DNA of 63,412 bases, taken from an uncultured Clostridia bacterium (lineage in GTDB: Bacteria; Bacillota; Clostridia; TANB77; CAG-508). The translations under genes were made by a program, and so were the position numbers. The stretch covers positions 1 to 63,412 of the forward strand of contig CALXKC010000002.1 of the NCBI GenBank assembly GCA_944388775.1. Reading direction: 5' to 3'. Each line of letters starts with the position of its first letter. The stretch's first letter is position 1. Positions 52,939-63,412 of this stretch are shown here, in pieces. The notes under the pieces were generated by a model that did not search any database, had not been told where the DNA came from, and saw only the letters and a program-made list of their open reading frames with translations.

Positions 52939-54222
52939 ATGCAACTTATAGAAAATTTGAAAGTTAAAGAAAAAGTATATAAAGAAAAATTAGAAAATGG
53001 ATTAACAGTTATGATAATACCAAAACCTGGTATGAAAAAGAAATATATGATATGGGGGACACATTATGGTTCATTAGAAAATGAATTTGTAGTTCCAGGA
53101 GAAGAAAAACCAACAGTTGTGCCAAATGGAGTAGCACATTTTTTAGAGCATAAAATGTTTGAACAAGAAAATGGTACAAATAGTTTAGATGTATTAACTG
53201 CTTTAGGAGTAGATGCTAATGCATATACAACAAATGACCATACAGCATATTTATTTGAATGTACAGATAATTTTTATGAAGCAATGGATGAATTAATGGA
53301 TTATGTTCAACATCCATATTTTACAGATGAAAACGTAGAAAAAGAAAAAGGAATAATCGGACAAGAAATTGGGATGTATGACGATTCTCCTGATTGGAAA
53401 GTTTATTTGAATGCGATGAATGCAATGTATCATGAATGTCCTGTGAAAATAGATATAGTTGGGACAGTTGAAACAATAAGTAAAATAGATAAAGATATTT
53501 TATATAAATGTTATAACACATTTTATAATCCATCAAACATGGTAATGGTTATATGCGGAGACTTTAAACCGGAAGAAATGCTTGAAGAAGTTAAAAAAAG
53601 ATTAATTGATAAAAAAGCAAATGGAGAGATAAAGAGAATATATCCAAAAGAGCCAGAAACAATAGTACAAGAAAAAATTGAGCAAAAATTAGAAGTTAGT
53701 CAACCTTTATATACAATAGGAATAAAAGATACAATTCAAGATAATTGTAATCAAAATAAATCAGATTTAGTTAAAAAACATATAGCAATTGAAATATTGT
53801 TAAATTTAATAATGGGAAGAAGTTCAAATTTATTTCAGAGATTGTATAAAGATGGAATTATTTATGCTCAACCAGGACTAAGTTATGAATTTACAAATAT
53901 TTATGCACATGTTTTAATTGATGGCCAATCAAGTAATCCTGATAAGGTTTATGAGGAATTTAAAAAAGAGGTTAAAAGTTTAAAGGAAAATGGAATAAAT
54001 GAACAGGATTTTGAGAGAATTAGAAAGATGATTTATGGTGGATATGTTAAGGAATATAATGATGTGACTGATATTTCTAGAATGTTTTTAGCTGATTTCT
54101 TTAAAGGTATTAATAGTTTTGATTATTTGGATGAGATTGATAGTGTTTCAAAGGAGTATGCTGAGCAAGTTTTAAAGCAAGTTTTTAGAGAGGATAGGAT
54201 GGTTCTTTCAGTTGTTGGCTAA
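52939..54222 (+). CDS. M16-family (pitrilysin-type) zinc peptidase
   Basis: 427 aa with a TAGGAGGG RBS and the inverted zinc motif HFLEHKMFE (HxxEH). Confidence 0.85.
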   Translation: MQLIENLKVKEKVYKEKLENGLTVMIIPKPGMKKKYMIWGTHYGSLENEFVVPGEEKPTVVPNGVAHFLEHKMFEQENGTNSLDVLTALGVDANAYTTNDHTAYLFECTDNFYEAMDELMDYVQHPYFTDENVEKEKGIIGQEIGMYDDSPDWKVYLNAMNAMYHECPVKIDIVGTVETISKIDKDILYKCYNTFYNPSNMVMVICGDFKPEEMLEEVKKRLIDKKANGEIKRIYPKEPETIVQEKIEQKLEVSQPLYTIGIKDTIQDNCNQNKSDLVKKHIAIEILLNLIMGRSSNLFQRLYKDGIIYAQPGLSYEFTNIYAHVLIDGQSSNPDKVYEEFKKEVKSLKENGINEQDFERIRKMIYGGYVKEYNDVTDISRMFLADFFKGINSFDYLDEIDSVSKEYAEQVLKQVFREDRMVLSVVG

Positions 54223-54385
54223 CTACTTGACAAATAATTGTATTTTGGCGTTGTTAAACTTCGCTATTTTGTATTAGAGTTAAGAGTAATTTTCCACATT
54301 ATAATTACAAGGTGTGGATTATAGTTACAAAAAATGAAATTTAAAGGTAAAAAATTTTAAAAAATGGCTAAGAAAAAAATGTTGA

Positions 54386-54428
54386 AAAAACGGTAGTAAA
54401 TTCTAAATAGGATTTTTACCGTTTTTAT
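54386..54428 (+). terminator. hairpin terminator downstream of the M16 pair
   Basis: Stem aaaaacggta / taccgttttt with a large loop. Confidence 0.5.
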
Positions 54429-54439
54429 ATGATGCAAAA

Positions 54440-54446
54440 TGTCGAA
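54440..54446 (+). promoter_or_regulatory. candidate Spo0A box upstream of the Spo0E-like gene
   Basis: Exact TGTCGAA in the context atgcaaaatgtcgaaaaatat, about 50 nt upstream of the putative -35. Confidence 0.4.
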
Positions 54447-54495
54447 AAATATAAAAACTCGTCGTACGAAAGTTGCCAAAAACCATTGAAAATAC

Positions 54496-54524
54496 TTGAC
54501 TTGAGAAAGATAATGTGGTAATTT
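54496..54524 (+). promoter_or_regulatory. sigma-A type promoter (extended -10)
   Basis: TTGACT (54496-54501), 17-nt spacer counting the TGg extension, TGgTAATTT. Confidence 0.45.
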
Positions 54525-54567
54525 ATAAATATACGGAAGATAAATTAAAGAAAAGGAGAGATGATGT

Positions 54568-54732
54568 ATGTTAGATGATGAAATTTGTAAATTAAGGGAT
54601 AAATTGAATAAAAGCATAGAAAATGGAGAGGATTATAGCGTAATTTATCAATTGAGCATAGAATTGGACGAGCTTATAGCACAGTATTATGCTAAAAATA
54701 ATAAAAAAAAACTGTTGTGGGCGGTGACATAG
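54568..54732 (+). CDS. Spo0E-family sporulation regulatory phosphatase-like protein
   Basis: 54-aa ORF below the track cutoff, with an AAAGGAGAG RBS. The sequence is MLDDEICKLRDKLNKSIENGEDYSVIYQLSIELDELIAQYY, which carries the family S..LD.LI signature. Confidence 0.7.
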   Translation: MLDDEICKLRDKLNKSIENGEDYSVIYQLSIELDELIAQYYAKNNKKKLLWAVT

Positions 54733-54770
54733 AAAAAACAATTATTAATGAAAAGGAAAAAACAAGCTAA

Positions 54771-54816
54771 AAAGACAATTCAGTCAGATTTAAAATCTAA
54801 CTAATTGTCTTTTAAG
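54771..54816 (+). terminator. hairpin terminator
   Basis: Stem aaagacaatt / aattgtcttt with a nested agattt/aaatct hairpin. Confidence 0.6.
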
Positions 54817-54905
54817 TTTTAATAAATAGGTACGTTTGTACTTGCTTTTTAACACATTATATAGTAAAATTGAAACTAGAAATTAATAGAAAGTGGGGTA
54901 AAGAA

Positions 54906-56588
54906 ATGAAGAAATTACCTTATGGAATAAGTAACTATCAAGAATTAATAGAGGACAATTACTATTATGTAGATAAAACTAAATATATAGAAAAATTAGA
55001 AAACTTAGCAGAAAAAAGAATAATGTTTTTAAGACCGAGAAAATTTGGAAAAACATTATTTACAAGCGTGTTAGAAAATTATTATGATGTAAAAAAGACA
55101 GATAAATTTGATGAACTATATAAGGATACATATATAGGTAAGAATCCAACAAATTTGAAAAATAGCTATCATATATTAAGATTCAATTTTTCAGGAATAG
55201 ACACAACAAATACAGAAACAACAATAAAAGGGTTTAAGAGGGAAGTTGCATCTTCAATAAAAGTATTTGTAGAAAAATATGGAATGGATTTTTATATAAA
55301 TGAAGAAGATGAGGCAGAAAATATACTAGATAATTTAATAAAAGCATTTGGTATTCAAAGGTCAAAAGAGAAAATATATGTAATAATAGATGAATATGAC
55401 CATTTCGCAAATGAACTATTAGGATTTAATCCAAATCAATTTAAAGATTTGGTATCAAAAAATGGAAAAGTAAGAAAATGGTATGAAATACTAAAAAAAG
55501 GCACAGAAAGTGTAGTGGATAGGATATTTATAACAGGAGTAGCCCCAATAACACTAGATAGTTTAACATCAGGATTTAATATAGGATTAGATATGACACA
55601 AGATAGAGATTTTAATGAAATGATGGGATTTACAGAAGAAGAGTTAAGGAAATTAATGAAAGAACAAAATATATCAAAAGAAGAACAAGAAGAAATATTG
55701 CCAATAATGAAAGAAAATTATGATGGATACAGATTTTCCTTAAAAGGAAAAGAAAAAATGTATAATTCAAATATGTGCTTATATTTCTTAAATAGTTATA
55801 TAAGATTTAAAGAAATACCGAATCAATTAATAGATGTAAATATAGCAAGTGATTATAGCAAATTGGGAAAAATGTTAGATTTGTGCAAAGGAGAAAATAG
55901 GGCAGAAATTATAGAAAAAACAGTATCAGGAGAAGGAATATTAGCAGATATAGTAGAGAAGTTTAATCCTGCAATGGAATTTACAGAAAGAGAATTAGTA
56001 TCTATGTTATATTATTTAGGATATTTAACAATAGAAGATGAAGTGGCAGGTTATTCAAAACTAAATATACCAAATAAAGTTATGAAAGAAATATATTCAC
56101 AATATTTTTTAAAAATATTAGGAGAAGAAATAAATGTGGATATAGAAGAAAATTATGCAGAGATAACGAAAGAAATAGCATTAGAAGGAAAAATAGATAA
56201 AATCGTTGAGTTACTACAAAAATATCTAAAAAATCTATCAAATCGTGATTATCAAAGATTTGATGAAAAATATGTAAAACTAATATTTTATTGTATAGTG
56301 ATGAATCTAAAAATATATTCAGTAAAATCAGAGTTAGAAGTAGAAAGGGAATATCCTGATATAGTGTTAATACCAAGAGATAGAAGCAAAGGATATAATG
56401 CAATAATGGTAGAATTTAAATATCTAAAAAAGAGTGAAGAAGGAAAAATAGAAGAAAAGCAAAAAGAAGCAAAAGAGCAAATAGAAAGATATGCTAATAC
56501 AGAAGAAATGAAAGATATAGAAAAAATGAATAAGTACACAATAGTAGTTGTAAATGATAAGTTGTATGTAGAAAAAATAAAATCTTAG
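54906..56588 (+). CDS. AAA-ATPase-like protein with a C-terminal PD-(D/E)XK nuclease domain (PF09820 + PDDEXK_9 architecture)
   Basis: ATG at 54906. The N-terminus is KLPYGISNYQELIEDNYYYVDKTKYI...RPRKFGKT. The C-terminus is EREYPDIVLIP...NAIMVEFKY. Confidence 0.75.
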   Translation: MKKLPYGISNYQELIEDNYYYVDKTKYIEKLENLAEKRIMFLRPRKFGKTLFTSVLENYYDVKKTDKFDELYKDTYIGKNPTNLKNSYHILRFNFSGIDTTNTETTIKGFKREVASSIKVFVEKYGMDFYINEEDEAENILDNLIKAFGIQRSKEKIYVIIDEYDHFANELLGFNPNQFKDLVSKNGKVRKWYEILKKGTESVVDRIFITGVAPITLDSLTSGFNIGLDMTQDRDFNEMMGFTEEELRKLMKEQNISKEEQEEILPIMKENYDGYRFSLKGKEKMYNSNMCLYFLNSYIRFKEIPNQLIDVNIASDYSKLGKMLDLCKGENRAEIIEKTVSGEGILADIVEKFNPAMEFTERELVSMLYYLGYLTIEDEVAGYSKLNIPNKVMKEIYSQYFLKILGEEINVDIEENYAEITKEIALEGKIDKIVELLQKYLKNLSNRDYQRFDEKYVKLIFYCIVMNLKIYSVKSELEVEREYPDIVLIPRDRSKGYNAIMVEFKYLKKSEEGKIEEKQKEAKEQIERYANTEEMKDIEKMNKYTIVVVNDKLYVEKIKS

Positions 56589-56605
56589 TAATGATAGTAA
56601 AGATG

Positions 56606-56635
56606 AAAAATGTCACGGTTTTGTGGCATTTTTTT
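56606..56635 (+). terminator. Rho-independent terminator
   Basis: Stem aaatgtcac / gtggcattt (one G-U pair) followed by a T-run. Confidence 0.65.
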
Positions 56636-56720
56636 CGTTCTTTTCTACTTGCTTTTTTCTAAAAAATATTATATAATCTTTAGCCGAGAAAAAGAAAAAA
56701 ATAATTATAGGTGAGAGATT

Positions 56721-59700
56721 ATGATAGTAAGCCAACAAATATTAGACAGTTTGTGTCAAGATGCTGGAGAAAAAAGAACACAAAAAGCAAGAATGTATAA
56801 ATCATTAGGAAGAGTCGAAATAATAGAAGTAGAATATCAAGATAGTAATAATTTTGCTATAAGAGGAATGGTAGTAGGCTCTGAACCATATAAAACATAC
56901 ATATCAGTAAGTAATGGAGAAATAGATGACATTACTTGTAATTGTCAAGACTATTATAATCACTATGGAGTTTGTAAGCACACATTAGCATCTGTTATGG
57001 CATTTGCAGAAGACGAAAACTATAGAAGAAAATATGAAAAGCCAGAAAATATAATAAATGAAAGAAAAGAAAAACTAAATACAAGTAACAATATACAATA
57101 CAGAAATTTCAGACAAATGGTAAACACATTTTATAACGAAGAAATAGATGGAATTGATAGTGATGACGAAGAATTAAAAAATAAAGGAACAATTCATTTA
57201 GAGCCTAAAGTAATCTACGATAAATTTTTAGGAGACATGAAAGTAGAATTCAAAATTGGAAACAAAAGAATGTATAAAATAAAAAATCTATCAGAATTTT
57301 ATACAAGAATGATGGAAAAAGAATTCTATAAATACGGAGAAAAACTACAATTTGTACATACTAAAGAAATGTTTGATGAAGAAAGTCAAAAACTACTAGA
57401 ATTTTTATTAAAATATGCAGAAATTATAAAATATGCAAATTCAAATTCAAATAGTAATTATCGTTATTATGGAAAAGCATTGAGTGAAACAAGCATTTTG
57501 CTAGGAAATAGCGGAATAGATGATTTATTTGAAATATTACAAGGAAAACAAGTAGAATTTCAAAGAGATTATTTAAATGAAAAAATTGAATTTGCAAATG
57601 AGGACCCTAAAATATCTTTTACATTAAAAAAGAAATCAGATAATCAATATGTAATTTTGCCAAATGTAGAGATATTTAATGTTAGTATTTTAAAAGGAAA
57701 AGAATACAAATACATTTTAGATAGTAAAAAAATATATAGATGTAGTAAAGAATTTGAAAATGCTAATTTAAAACTATTAGAATTTTTTAGACAAAATTAT
57801 ATGACAGAAATAGTTTTAGGAAAAGAAGAATTAACACAGTTATTTTCAATAATAATGCCAAAAGTAAAAGCAGCAATAACAATTGAAAATATATCAGAAG
57901 AAGAAATCGAAAAATACAAACCAAAAGAATTAGTAGTAAAAGTATATTTAGATTTTGATGAGCAGGATTACCTAGTTGCAGATGTGTTATTTTGTTATGA
58001 AAATAATGAATTTAATCCATTAGATGAAAAACAAGAACTAAAATTTCCGAGAAATATGATTCAAGAAACAAAAGCATTAAACATATTTAGAAAAACAGGA
58101 TTTATGCTAGATACAAAGAATCTAAGATTTATATTACCAGATAATGATAAAATTTATGAATTTTTGACAGAAGATATAAATGTATATATGAAAAGGTTTG
58201 AAGTTTTAGCTACTGAAAAATTTAAAACAAAGCAAATAAGACAAGCAAAAATTGGTAATATTGGAGTAAAAGTCGAAAATAACTTATTATCAATAGATTT
58301 AAATGATTTAGATATAGATATAAAAGAATTACAAAAGATAATGGAAAAATATCAATTAAAAAAGAAATATCATAGACTAAAAGATGGTAGTTTTTTAAAC
58401 TTAGAAGATAATAAAGAGATTGACTTTTTAGATAAACTTGTTACCGGAATGGATATTGATTATAAAGAACTAGAAAAAGGAGAAGTCGTTTTACCTGCTT
58501 ATAGAAGTTTATATTTAAACCAGTTGTTAAAAAGTAAAAAAGGTATACAAGTAACAAAAAATAGTGAATATAGAGAAATAGTAAATAATTTAGATAAAGA
58601 CCATTTAGAAGATGAAATCCAAATACCAGAAAATTTAAATAATGTTTTAAGATATTATCAAAAAACAGGATTTAAATGGTTAAAAATTTTAGATTCATAT
58701 AAATTTGGTGGAATACTTGCAGATGATATGGGACTTGGAAAAACTATTCAAATGTTATCTGTAATTGTTGATTATGTAGAAGAAACTAAAAACAATCAAG
58801 AAACTAAAAGAGCAAGTCTAGTTGTTTCACCGAGTTCACTAACATTAAACTGGCAAAATGAAGCAAATAAATTTGCAAAAGATTTAAAAATATTAGTAAT
58901 AAGGGGAACTTTGTCAGAAAGAAAAAGACAAATAAGAGAAATAGAAAACTATGATTTAGTCATTACATCATATGACTTATTAAAAAGAGATATAGACTTA
59001 TATAAAGATAAGAAATATCAATTTAGATATATAATAGCAGATGAAGCACAGTATTTAAAAAATAGTAATACACAAAATGCAAAAGCAATAAAACAAATAA
59101 AAGCAGACACAAGATATGCTTTAACTGGAACACCAATAGAAAACTCATTAGCAGAGTTATGGTCAATATTTGACTTTATCATGCCAGGATATTTATTTAC
59201 ATATAAGCAATTCAAAACAATGTATGAAGTACCAATAGTAAAAGATAATGACGAAAAAGCAATGGCAAAATTAAAAATGCTAATAGAACCATTTGTACTA
59301 AGAAGAAATAAAAAAGAAGTATTAACAGAATTACCAGATAAAACAATAACAGTATTAAATAATGAAATGGAAGAAGAGCAAAGAAATATCTATCTAACAT
59401 ATTTAGCGCAAGCAAAACAAGACTTATTCCAAGAAATAGAATTAAATGGATATGAAAAAAGTCATATGCAAATATTAGCAGTATTAACAAGATTAAGACA
59501 GATATGTTGCCACCCAAGCCTATTTATCAAAGACTATAAAGCAGGAAGCGGGAAACTAAACCAATGTATGGAAATAGTACAAGATGCAATAGAAGGAGGG
59601 CACAAAATATTACTATTTTCAGGATATACATCTATGTTCCCAATAATAGAAGAAGAATTAAAAAAGAAAAACATTCAATATTATAAACTAACAGGAAGCA

Positions 59701-60059
59701 CAAAAGTGGATGAAAGAATAAGAATGGTAGATGAATTTAATAGTAATTCAGACATAAAAATATTCTTGATATCATTAAAAGCAGGAGGAACAGGATTAAA
59801 CCTAACAGGTGCAGATATGGTAATACATTATGATCCATGGTGGAATATATCTACAGAAAATCAAGCAACAGACAGAGCATACAGAATTGGACAAAAAAAT
59901 AATGTACAAGTATATAAACTAATAACAAAAAATTCAATAGAAGAAAAAATATACGAATTGCAACAAAAAAAATCAGAATTAGTAGACAACATGCTAAGTA
60001 CAAAAACGTCATTTATAAACAAGTTATCAAGAGAAGAAATAATGAATTTGTTTAACTAA
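56721..60059 (+). CDS. SNF2-family helicase with N-terminal SWIM zinc finger (YwqA-like)
   Basis: 1112 aa. The SWIM motif is [15 protein letters not shown]. Helicase motifs are [27 protein letters not shown] and [11 protein letters not shown]. Confidence 0.9.
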   Translation: MIVSQQILDSLCQDAGEKRTQKARMYKSLGRVEIIEVEYQDSNNFAIRGMVVGSEPYKTYISVSNGEIDDITCNCQDYYNHYGVCKHTLASVMAFAEDENYRRKYEKPENIINERKEKLNTSNNIQYRNFRQMVNTFYNEEIDGIDSDDEELKNKGTIHLEPKVIYDKFLGDMKVEFKIGNKRMYKIKNLSEFYTRMMEKEFYKYGEKLQFVHTKEMFDEESQKLLEFLLKYAEIIKYANSNSNSNYRYYGKALSETSILLGNSGIDDLFEILQGKQVEFQRDYLNEKIEFANEDPKISFTLKKKSDNQYVILPNVEIFNVSILKGKEYKYILDSKKIYRCSKEFENANLKLLEFFRQNYMTEIVLGKEELTQLFSIIMPKVKAAITIENISEEEIEKYKPKELVVKVYLDFDEQDYLVADVLFCYENNEFNPLDEKQELKFPRNMIQETKALNIFRKTGFMLDTKNLRFILPDNDKIYEFLTEDINVYMKRFEVLATEKFKTKQIRQAKIGNIGVKVENNLLSIDLNDLDIDIKELQKIMEKYQLKKKYHRLKDGSFLNLEDNKEIDFLDKLVTGMDIDYKELEKGEVVLPAYRSLYLNQLLKSKKGIQVTKNSEYREIVNNLDKDHLEDEIQIPENLNNVLRYYQKTGFKWLKILDSYKFGGILADDMGLGKTIQMLSVIVDYVEETKNNQETKRASLVVSPSSLTLNWQNEANKFAKDLKILVIRGTLSERKRQIREIENYDLVITSYDLLKRDIDLYKDKKYQFRYIIADEAQYLKNSNTQNAKAIKQIKADTRYALTGTPIENSLAELWSIFDFIMPGYLFTYKQFKTMYEVPIVKDNDEKAMAKLKMLIEPFVLRRNKKEVLTELPDKTITVLNNEMEEEQRNIYLTYLAQAKQDLFQEIELNGYEKSHMQILAVLTRLRQICCHPSLFIKDYKAGSGKLNQCMEIVQDAIEGGHKILLFSGYTSMFPIIEEELKKKNIQYYKLTGSTKVDERIRMVDEFNSNSDIKIFLISLKAGGTGLNLTGADMVIHYDPWWNISTENQATDRAYRIGQKNNVQVYKLITKNSIEEKIYELQQKKSELVDNMLSTKTSFINKLSREEIMNLFN

Positions 60060-60078
60060 AAAAGAATGGAGAAGAAAG

Positions 60079-61515
60079 ATGAACAAATATATCACAATAA
60101 TAGGTGGAGGTTTAGCTGGATGTGAGGCAGCATATCAAATTGCAAAAAGAGGAATAAAAGTAAAACTATATGAAATGAAGCCTAAAAAATTTTCACCTGC
60201 ACATAGCAATAAGGATTTAGCTGAAATAGTTTGTAGCAATTCTTTTAAATCTAATTTATTGACAAATGCTTGTGGATTATTAAAAGAAGAATTAAGAAGA
60301 TTAGATTCCCTATTGATAAAAATAGCAGATGAAACGAGCGTGCCAGCTGGACAAGCTTTAGCGGTAGACAGAGAAGAATTTTCTCATAAAGTTACAGAGT
60401 CAATAAAAAATAATGAATTAATTGAAATTATAAATGAAGAAGTAACAGACATTGAAGATATAGCTAAAGAAGGAATTGTTATAGTTGCGACAGGACCATT
60501 AACATCTGATGGATTAGCAAAGCAAATCCAAGAAATAACTGGACAGGACAAGTTGTATTTTTATGATGCTGCAGCTCCAATAGTATCAAAAGATAGTATC
60601 AATTTTTATATAGCATTTTATGGTGATAGATATAGCCAAGAAAAAAGAAAAGAAGAAACAGTTGAACAGTGGAAGAAAAGATTAGAAAAACAAAAAAGTG
60701 AAGAACAGAGTTATATTAATTTGCCAATGTCAAAAGAAGAGTATGAAAGATTTTGGCAAGAACTTGTAAATGCCGAAGTTGTAACATTGCATGAATTTGA
60801 GAAAAGAGAAATATTTGAAGGATGTATGCCAATAGAAATAATGGCAAAAAGAGGAATAGATACATTAAGATTTGGACCATTAAAACCAGTAGGATTTGAT
60901 GATCCAAGAACTGCAAAAAGACCATATGCTTTAGTACAACTAAGACAAGATGATAAACAAGCAAGCATATATAATTTAGTAGGATTTCAAACAAATTTGA
61001 AATATGGAGAGCAAAAAAGAGTATTTAGCATGATACCAGGACTAGAAAATGCAGAATTTGTTAAATATGGTGTAATGCACAGAAATACATACATAAATTC
61101 TAGTAAATTATTAGATGAAACATACAATTTAAAAACAAATAAAAATATATATTTTGCAGGACAAATAACCGGAGTAGAAGGATATGTTGAATCAATTTCA
61201 TCTGGATTAGTTGCAGGAATAAATGCAGTTAGTAAATTGCAATATTTTGAAAAACGAGGATTTGGGGACGGAGAAAAAAATCATGGCGATTTTGGAAATG
61301 AAGAAAAAAATTCTGAGATAGTCTTTTCAGAATTTACTGTGATAGGAGCTTTAGCTAAATATATTTCTACATTTAATGAAAAATTTCAACCAATGAATGC
61401 AAATTTTGGAATATTACCAGAATTAGAAGGCAAGAAGATAAAAGATAAAAGAGAAAGATACATGAAACTAGCAGAAAGAAGCTTGGAAAATTTGAATACA
61501 ACTTTTTTAATATAG
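60079..61515 (+). CDS. trmFO: methylenetetrahydrofolate--tRNA-(uracil-5-)-methyltransferase TrmFO
   Basis: 478 aa with the FAD motif [12 protein letters not shown] and the blocks [14 protein letters not shown] and QPMNANFG. Confidence 0.9.
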   Translation: MNKYITIIGGGLAGCEAAYQIAKRGIKVKLYEMKPKKFSPAHSNKDLAEIVCSNSFKSNLLTNACGLLKEELRRLDSLLIKIADETSVPAGQALAVDREEFSHKVTESIKNNELIEIINEEVTDIEDIAKEGIVIVATGPLTSDGLAKQIQEITGQDKLYFYDAAAPIVSKDSINFYIAFYGDRYSQEKRKEETVEQWKKRLEKQKSEEQSYINLPMSKEEYERFWQELVNAEVVTLHEFEKREIFEGCMPIEIMAKRGIDTLRFGPLKPVGFDDPRTAKRPYALVQLRQDDKQASIYNLVGFQTNLKYGEQKRVFSMIPGLENAEFVKYGVMHRNTYINSSKLLDETYNLKTNKNIYFAGQITGVEGYVESISSGLVAGINAVSKLQYFEKRGFGDGEKNHGDFGNEEKNSEIVFSEFTVIGALAKYISTFNEKFQPMNANFGILPELEGKKIKDKRERYMKLAERSLENLNTTFLI

Positions 61516-61573
61516 AATAAATATTACAAATATTACTAAAAAGTGACATTTTAATTAAAAACAACAAAAATTT

Positions 61574-61606
61574 ACATAATTCTATTGCAAGAATTATGTT
61601 TTTTTG
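61574..61606 (+). terminator. Rho-independent terminator after trmFO
   Basis: Stem acataattc / gaattatgt followed by a T7 run. Confidence 0.75.
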
Positions 61607-61668
61607 TTATAATTATTTATAAGTGATATTTTAATAAGAATATTTGTATATTCTGAAAGGGGTAAAAA

Positions 61669-63291
61669 ATGGAAGAGAAGCTAATTCAAGAAATACAAAA
61701 TAGAATAGAAAAAATAAAGAATGAAACTGAAATTGCAACTAAAAATTTATCTGCAACGAAAAAGAAACTAGAAGAAGAATTGGAAACATATAGTGGTAGT
61801 TTACAATATTTAGATGGAAAATTTGTAGAACCTAAAGAAAAAACTGATTTGAAAGCTGATATAAATAAAATAGAGATCGAGTTACAAGGAATTAAGGATA
61901 ATTCTAATCAAAATATAGAAGAACTTGAAGAAGATAAAAAAACTTTTAAAAAATTACAAGAAAAAAAATTAAATTTGAATAAAAAACAGGAAGAATTAGA
62001 GCTAATTATTAAAAAATTAGAAAAAGATAAAGAACAATGTATTCAAGAAATAAATGTTTGGAAACAAAAAATGGTTTTTATTGATGGAAAGATGCAAAAA
62101 TCTAAAGAGTTAATAGTACTTGAGATGGATTTAGAAAGTATAGAATCTGAACTTGAAAACTTGATGAAACAGAAAAATAATAACCTACGAAAATTGAATA
62201 GTACAGTAAAAAAACTTGATAAAATGATATTAAAATATAATGTTAAAGAAAAAATTGAGCCTGAACCAGAGCCTGAACCAGAGCCAGAACCTGAGCCAGA
62301 GAAAAAAACTAATGTTGGAAAACTATATGGTAAGTTAGATTTAAAATCTAGAAAAGGGGATAGTATAGATTGGTCAATAGTAAAAATAACATGTGAAACT
62401 AAGCTTGGTAGATATATTATAGAATATGCAGATGGAGAAGTTATAACTGCAACTCCAATGGTTACAAATAAAAAACAGGCAAAAAGAATTTTAAATACAT
62501 TGGGCGTTGATACAAAATCAAAAATTGATCCTAATATATTATTGTTCCACTTATACAATTATGGCGTAATAAGTGAAAATGATAGGGAAAATATTCTACT
62601 TGGTAAATTTGATGTAGAAAATAATAAATCTGCTAGAGAATGCATAGATGAATATGTAAAAAATCCTAATTCTGAATTTAGTGTTGTATATTCAGATAAA
62701 TTAGATATAGAAAAAGGAAAATTAGTAGTAGACGATGAAATACAAAAAACAGATTTTGAATTAGAAAGTAAGATAAAAAGAGGGGAAAAAAGGTATCTAA
62801 AAAAACTTGCTATTGAGCAACGTGAAGCCAAGAATGCATTTGCATTAATAGATGATAGAAATGTTTTTCAAAAGATACAAGATGGTATTTTAACAAAAAT
62901 TGGAAAAGAGCCTAAATATCTACCTGCTGTTACTAATTATAGAGAATATGTAAATGGGATATTTAATGCTAAAGAAAATCAAGCTATTGAGGATAATATT
63001 AATCAACAAATTCAAAGTACTAAAATAGACAGAGATAGAAGCGAGGGGTCTTTTGATCAATATTGGGACTTTAGAGAGGAAATACTAAATCATGAGGATG
63101 AGCAAGAAAAAAATGAAAACGCAAAAAATGCTTTATCAAAACAATTTAGAGAAGGTTATAAATATGAACCTATATACAAAAAGCATATGAATGAATATAT
63201 GAGTACATCAAAAGATCCATTTTCAAAGACAAAACAACTTATAGATAGAAAAATCGAAGAAAAAGAAGAGAGTGGAGATGAAAGAGAATAA
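61669..63291 (+). CDS. hypothetical coiled-coil protein with an (EP)7 linker
   Basis: 540 aa with a GAAAGGGG RBS. The N-terminal ~195 aa are heptad-rich (K/E/L). EPEPEPEPEPEPEPE follows at 62257-62301, then a globular C-terminal region of unknown family. Confidence 0.7.
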   Translation: MEEKLIQEIQNRIEKIKNETEIATKNLSATKKKLEEELETYSGSLQYLDGKFVEPKEKTDLKADINKIEIELQGIKDNSNQNIEELEEDKKTFKKLQEKKLNLNKKQEELELIIKKLEKDKEQCIQEINVWKQKMVFIDGKMQKSKELIVLEMDLESIESELENLMKQKNNNLRKLNSTVKKLDKMILKYNVKEKIEPEPEPEPEPEPEPEKKTNVGKLYGKLDLKSRKGDSIDWSIVKITCETKLGRYIIEYADGEVITATPMVTNKKQAKRILNTLGVDTKSKIDPNILLFHLYNYGVISENDRENILLGKFDVENNKSARECIDEYVKNPNSEFSVVYSDKLDIEKGKLVVDDEIQKTDFELESKIKRGEKRYLKKLAIEQREAKNAFALIDDRNVFQKIQDGILTKIGKEPKYLPAVTNYREYVNGIFNAKENQAIEDNINQQIQSTKIDRDRSEGSFDQYWDFREEILNHEDEQEKNENAKNALSKQFREGYKYEPIYKKHMNEYMSTSKDPFSKTKQLIDRKIEEKEESGDERE

Positions 63292-63412
63292 TAGTTATTG
63301 TATAAAATCTAAAGAAAAAATTGCAAATAAAATTCGTTACTAGATAATGGTTTCGAATTGAAAAAAGCCGAAACAATTCTGCTGTAATGATTTTGTAATC
63401 TAAATTTAATAT

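Noticed and set aside
54357-54617. 86-aa minus-strand ORF
   Set aside because: It overlaps the promoter, RBS and start of the better-supported plus-strand Spo0E-like ORF. It has no RBS and a junk-like composition.
62043-62558. 171-aa minus-strand ORF containing a (GS)n run
   Set aside because: The GSGSGS run is simply the antisense reading of the (EP)7-encoding repeat. The plus-strand 540-aa ORF has an RBS and an upstream terminator, so it is the coherent gene.
1-63412. tRNA, rRNA, tmRNA, RNase P or SRP RNA genes
   Set aside because: The GC-rich islands were inspected by eye, and all resolve into the repeat families described. No cloverleaf-like or conserved RNA core sequence was recognised. 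A tRNAscan/Infernal run would be needed for certainty.

Overview
Visibly AT-rich chromosomal segment of a low-GC, endospore-forming Firmicute (Clostridia-like). Most of it is conserved housekeeping, morphogenesis and sporulation genes: pcrA, CotF-like coat proteins, mecA-like, radC-mreBCD-PBP2-minC, spoIIE, acpS, tatD, htpX/lemA, xth, tilS-ftsH, rpsU, an M16 peptidase pair, a Spo0E-like gene and trmFO. No rRNA, tRNA, CRISPR array, integrase or transposase ORF was recognised. Three things stand out. (1) An 18.5-kb block (14612-33144) is a tandemly duplicated two-gene module. It encodes four giant (1322-1676 aa) secreted surface proteins with unusual C-terminal sorting-like signals, and no sortase gene lies nearby. 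(2) A family of GC-rich GGGAC-box repeats sits exactly at gene 3' ends. These repeats often supply the stop codon or the last residues of the upstream gene. Two genes, pcrA and xth, are bracketed by inverted copies. (3) A second layer of long structured intergenic elements is present. One is a ~120-nt hairpin element in two near-identical copies, one of them between mreC and mreD. The others are 120-180-nt palindromes with GC-rich centres. Orphan ATPase/nuclease genes (Rpn, DUF4143-type ATPase, AAA/PD-(D/E)XK protein next to a SWIM-SNF2 helicase) and several unknown proteins are also present. All calls come from reading the sequence and ORF translations; no database search was run.
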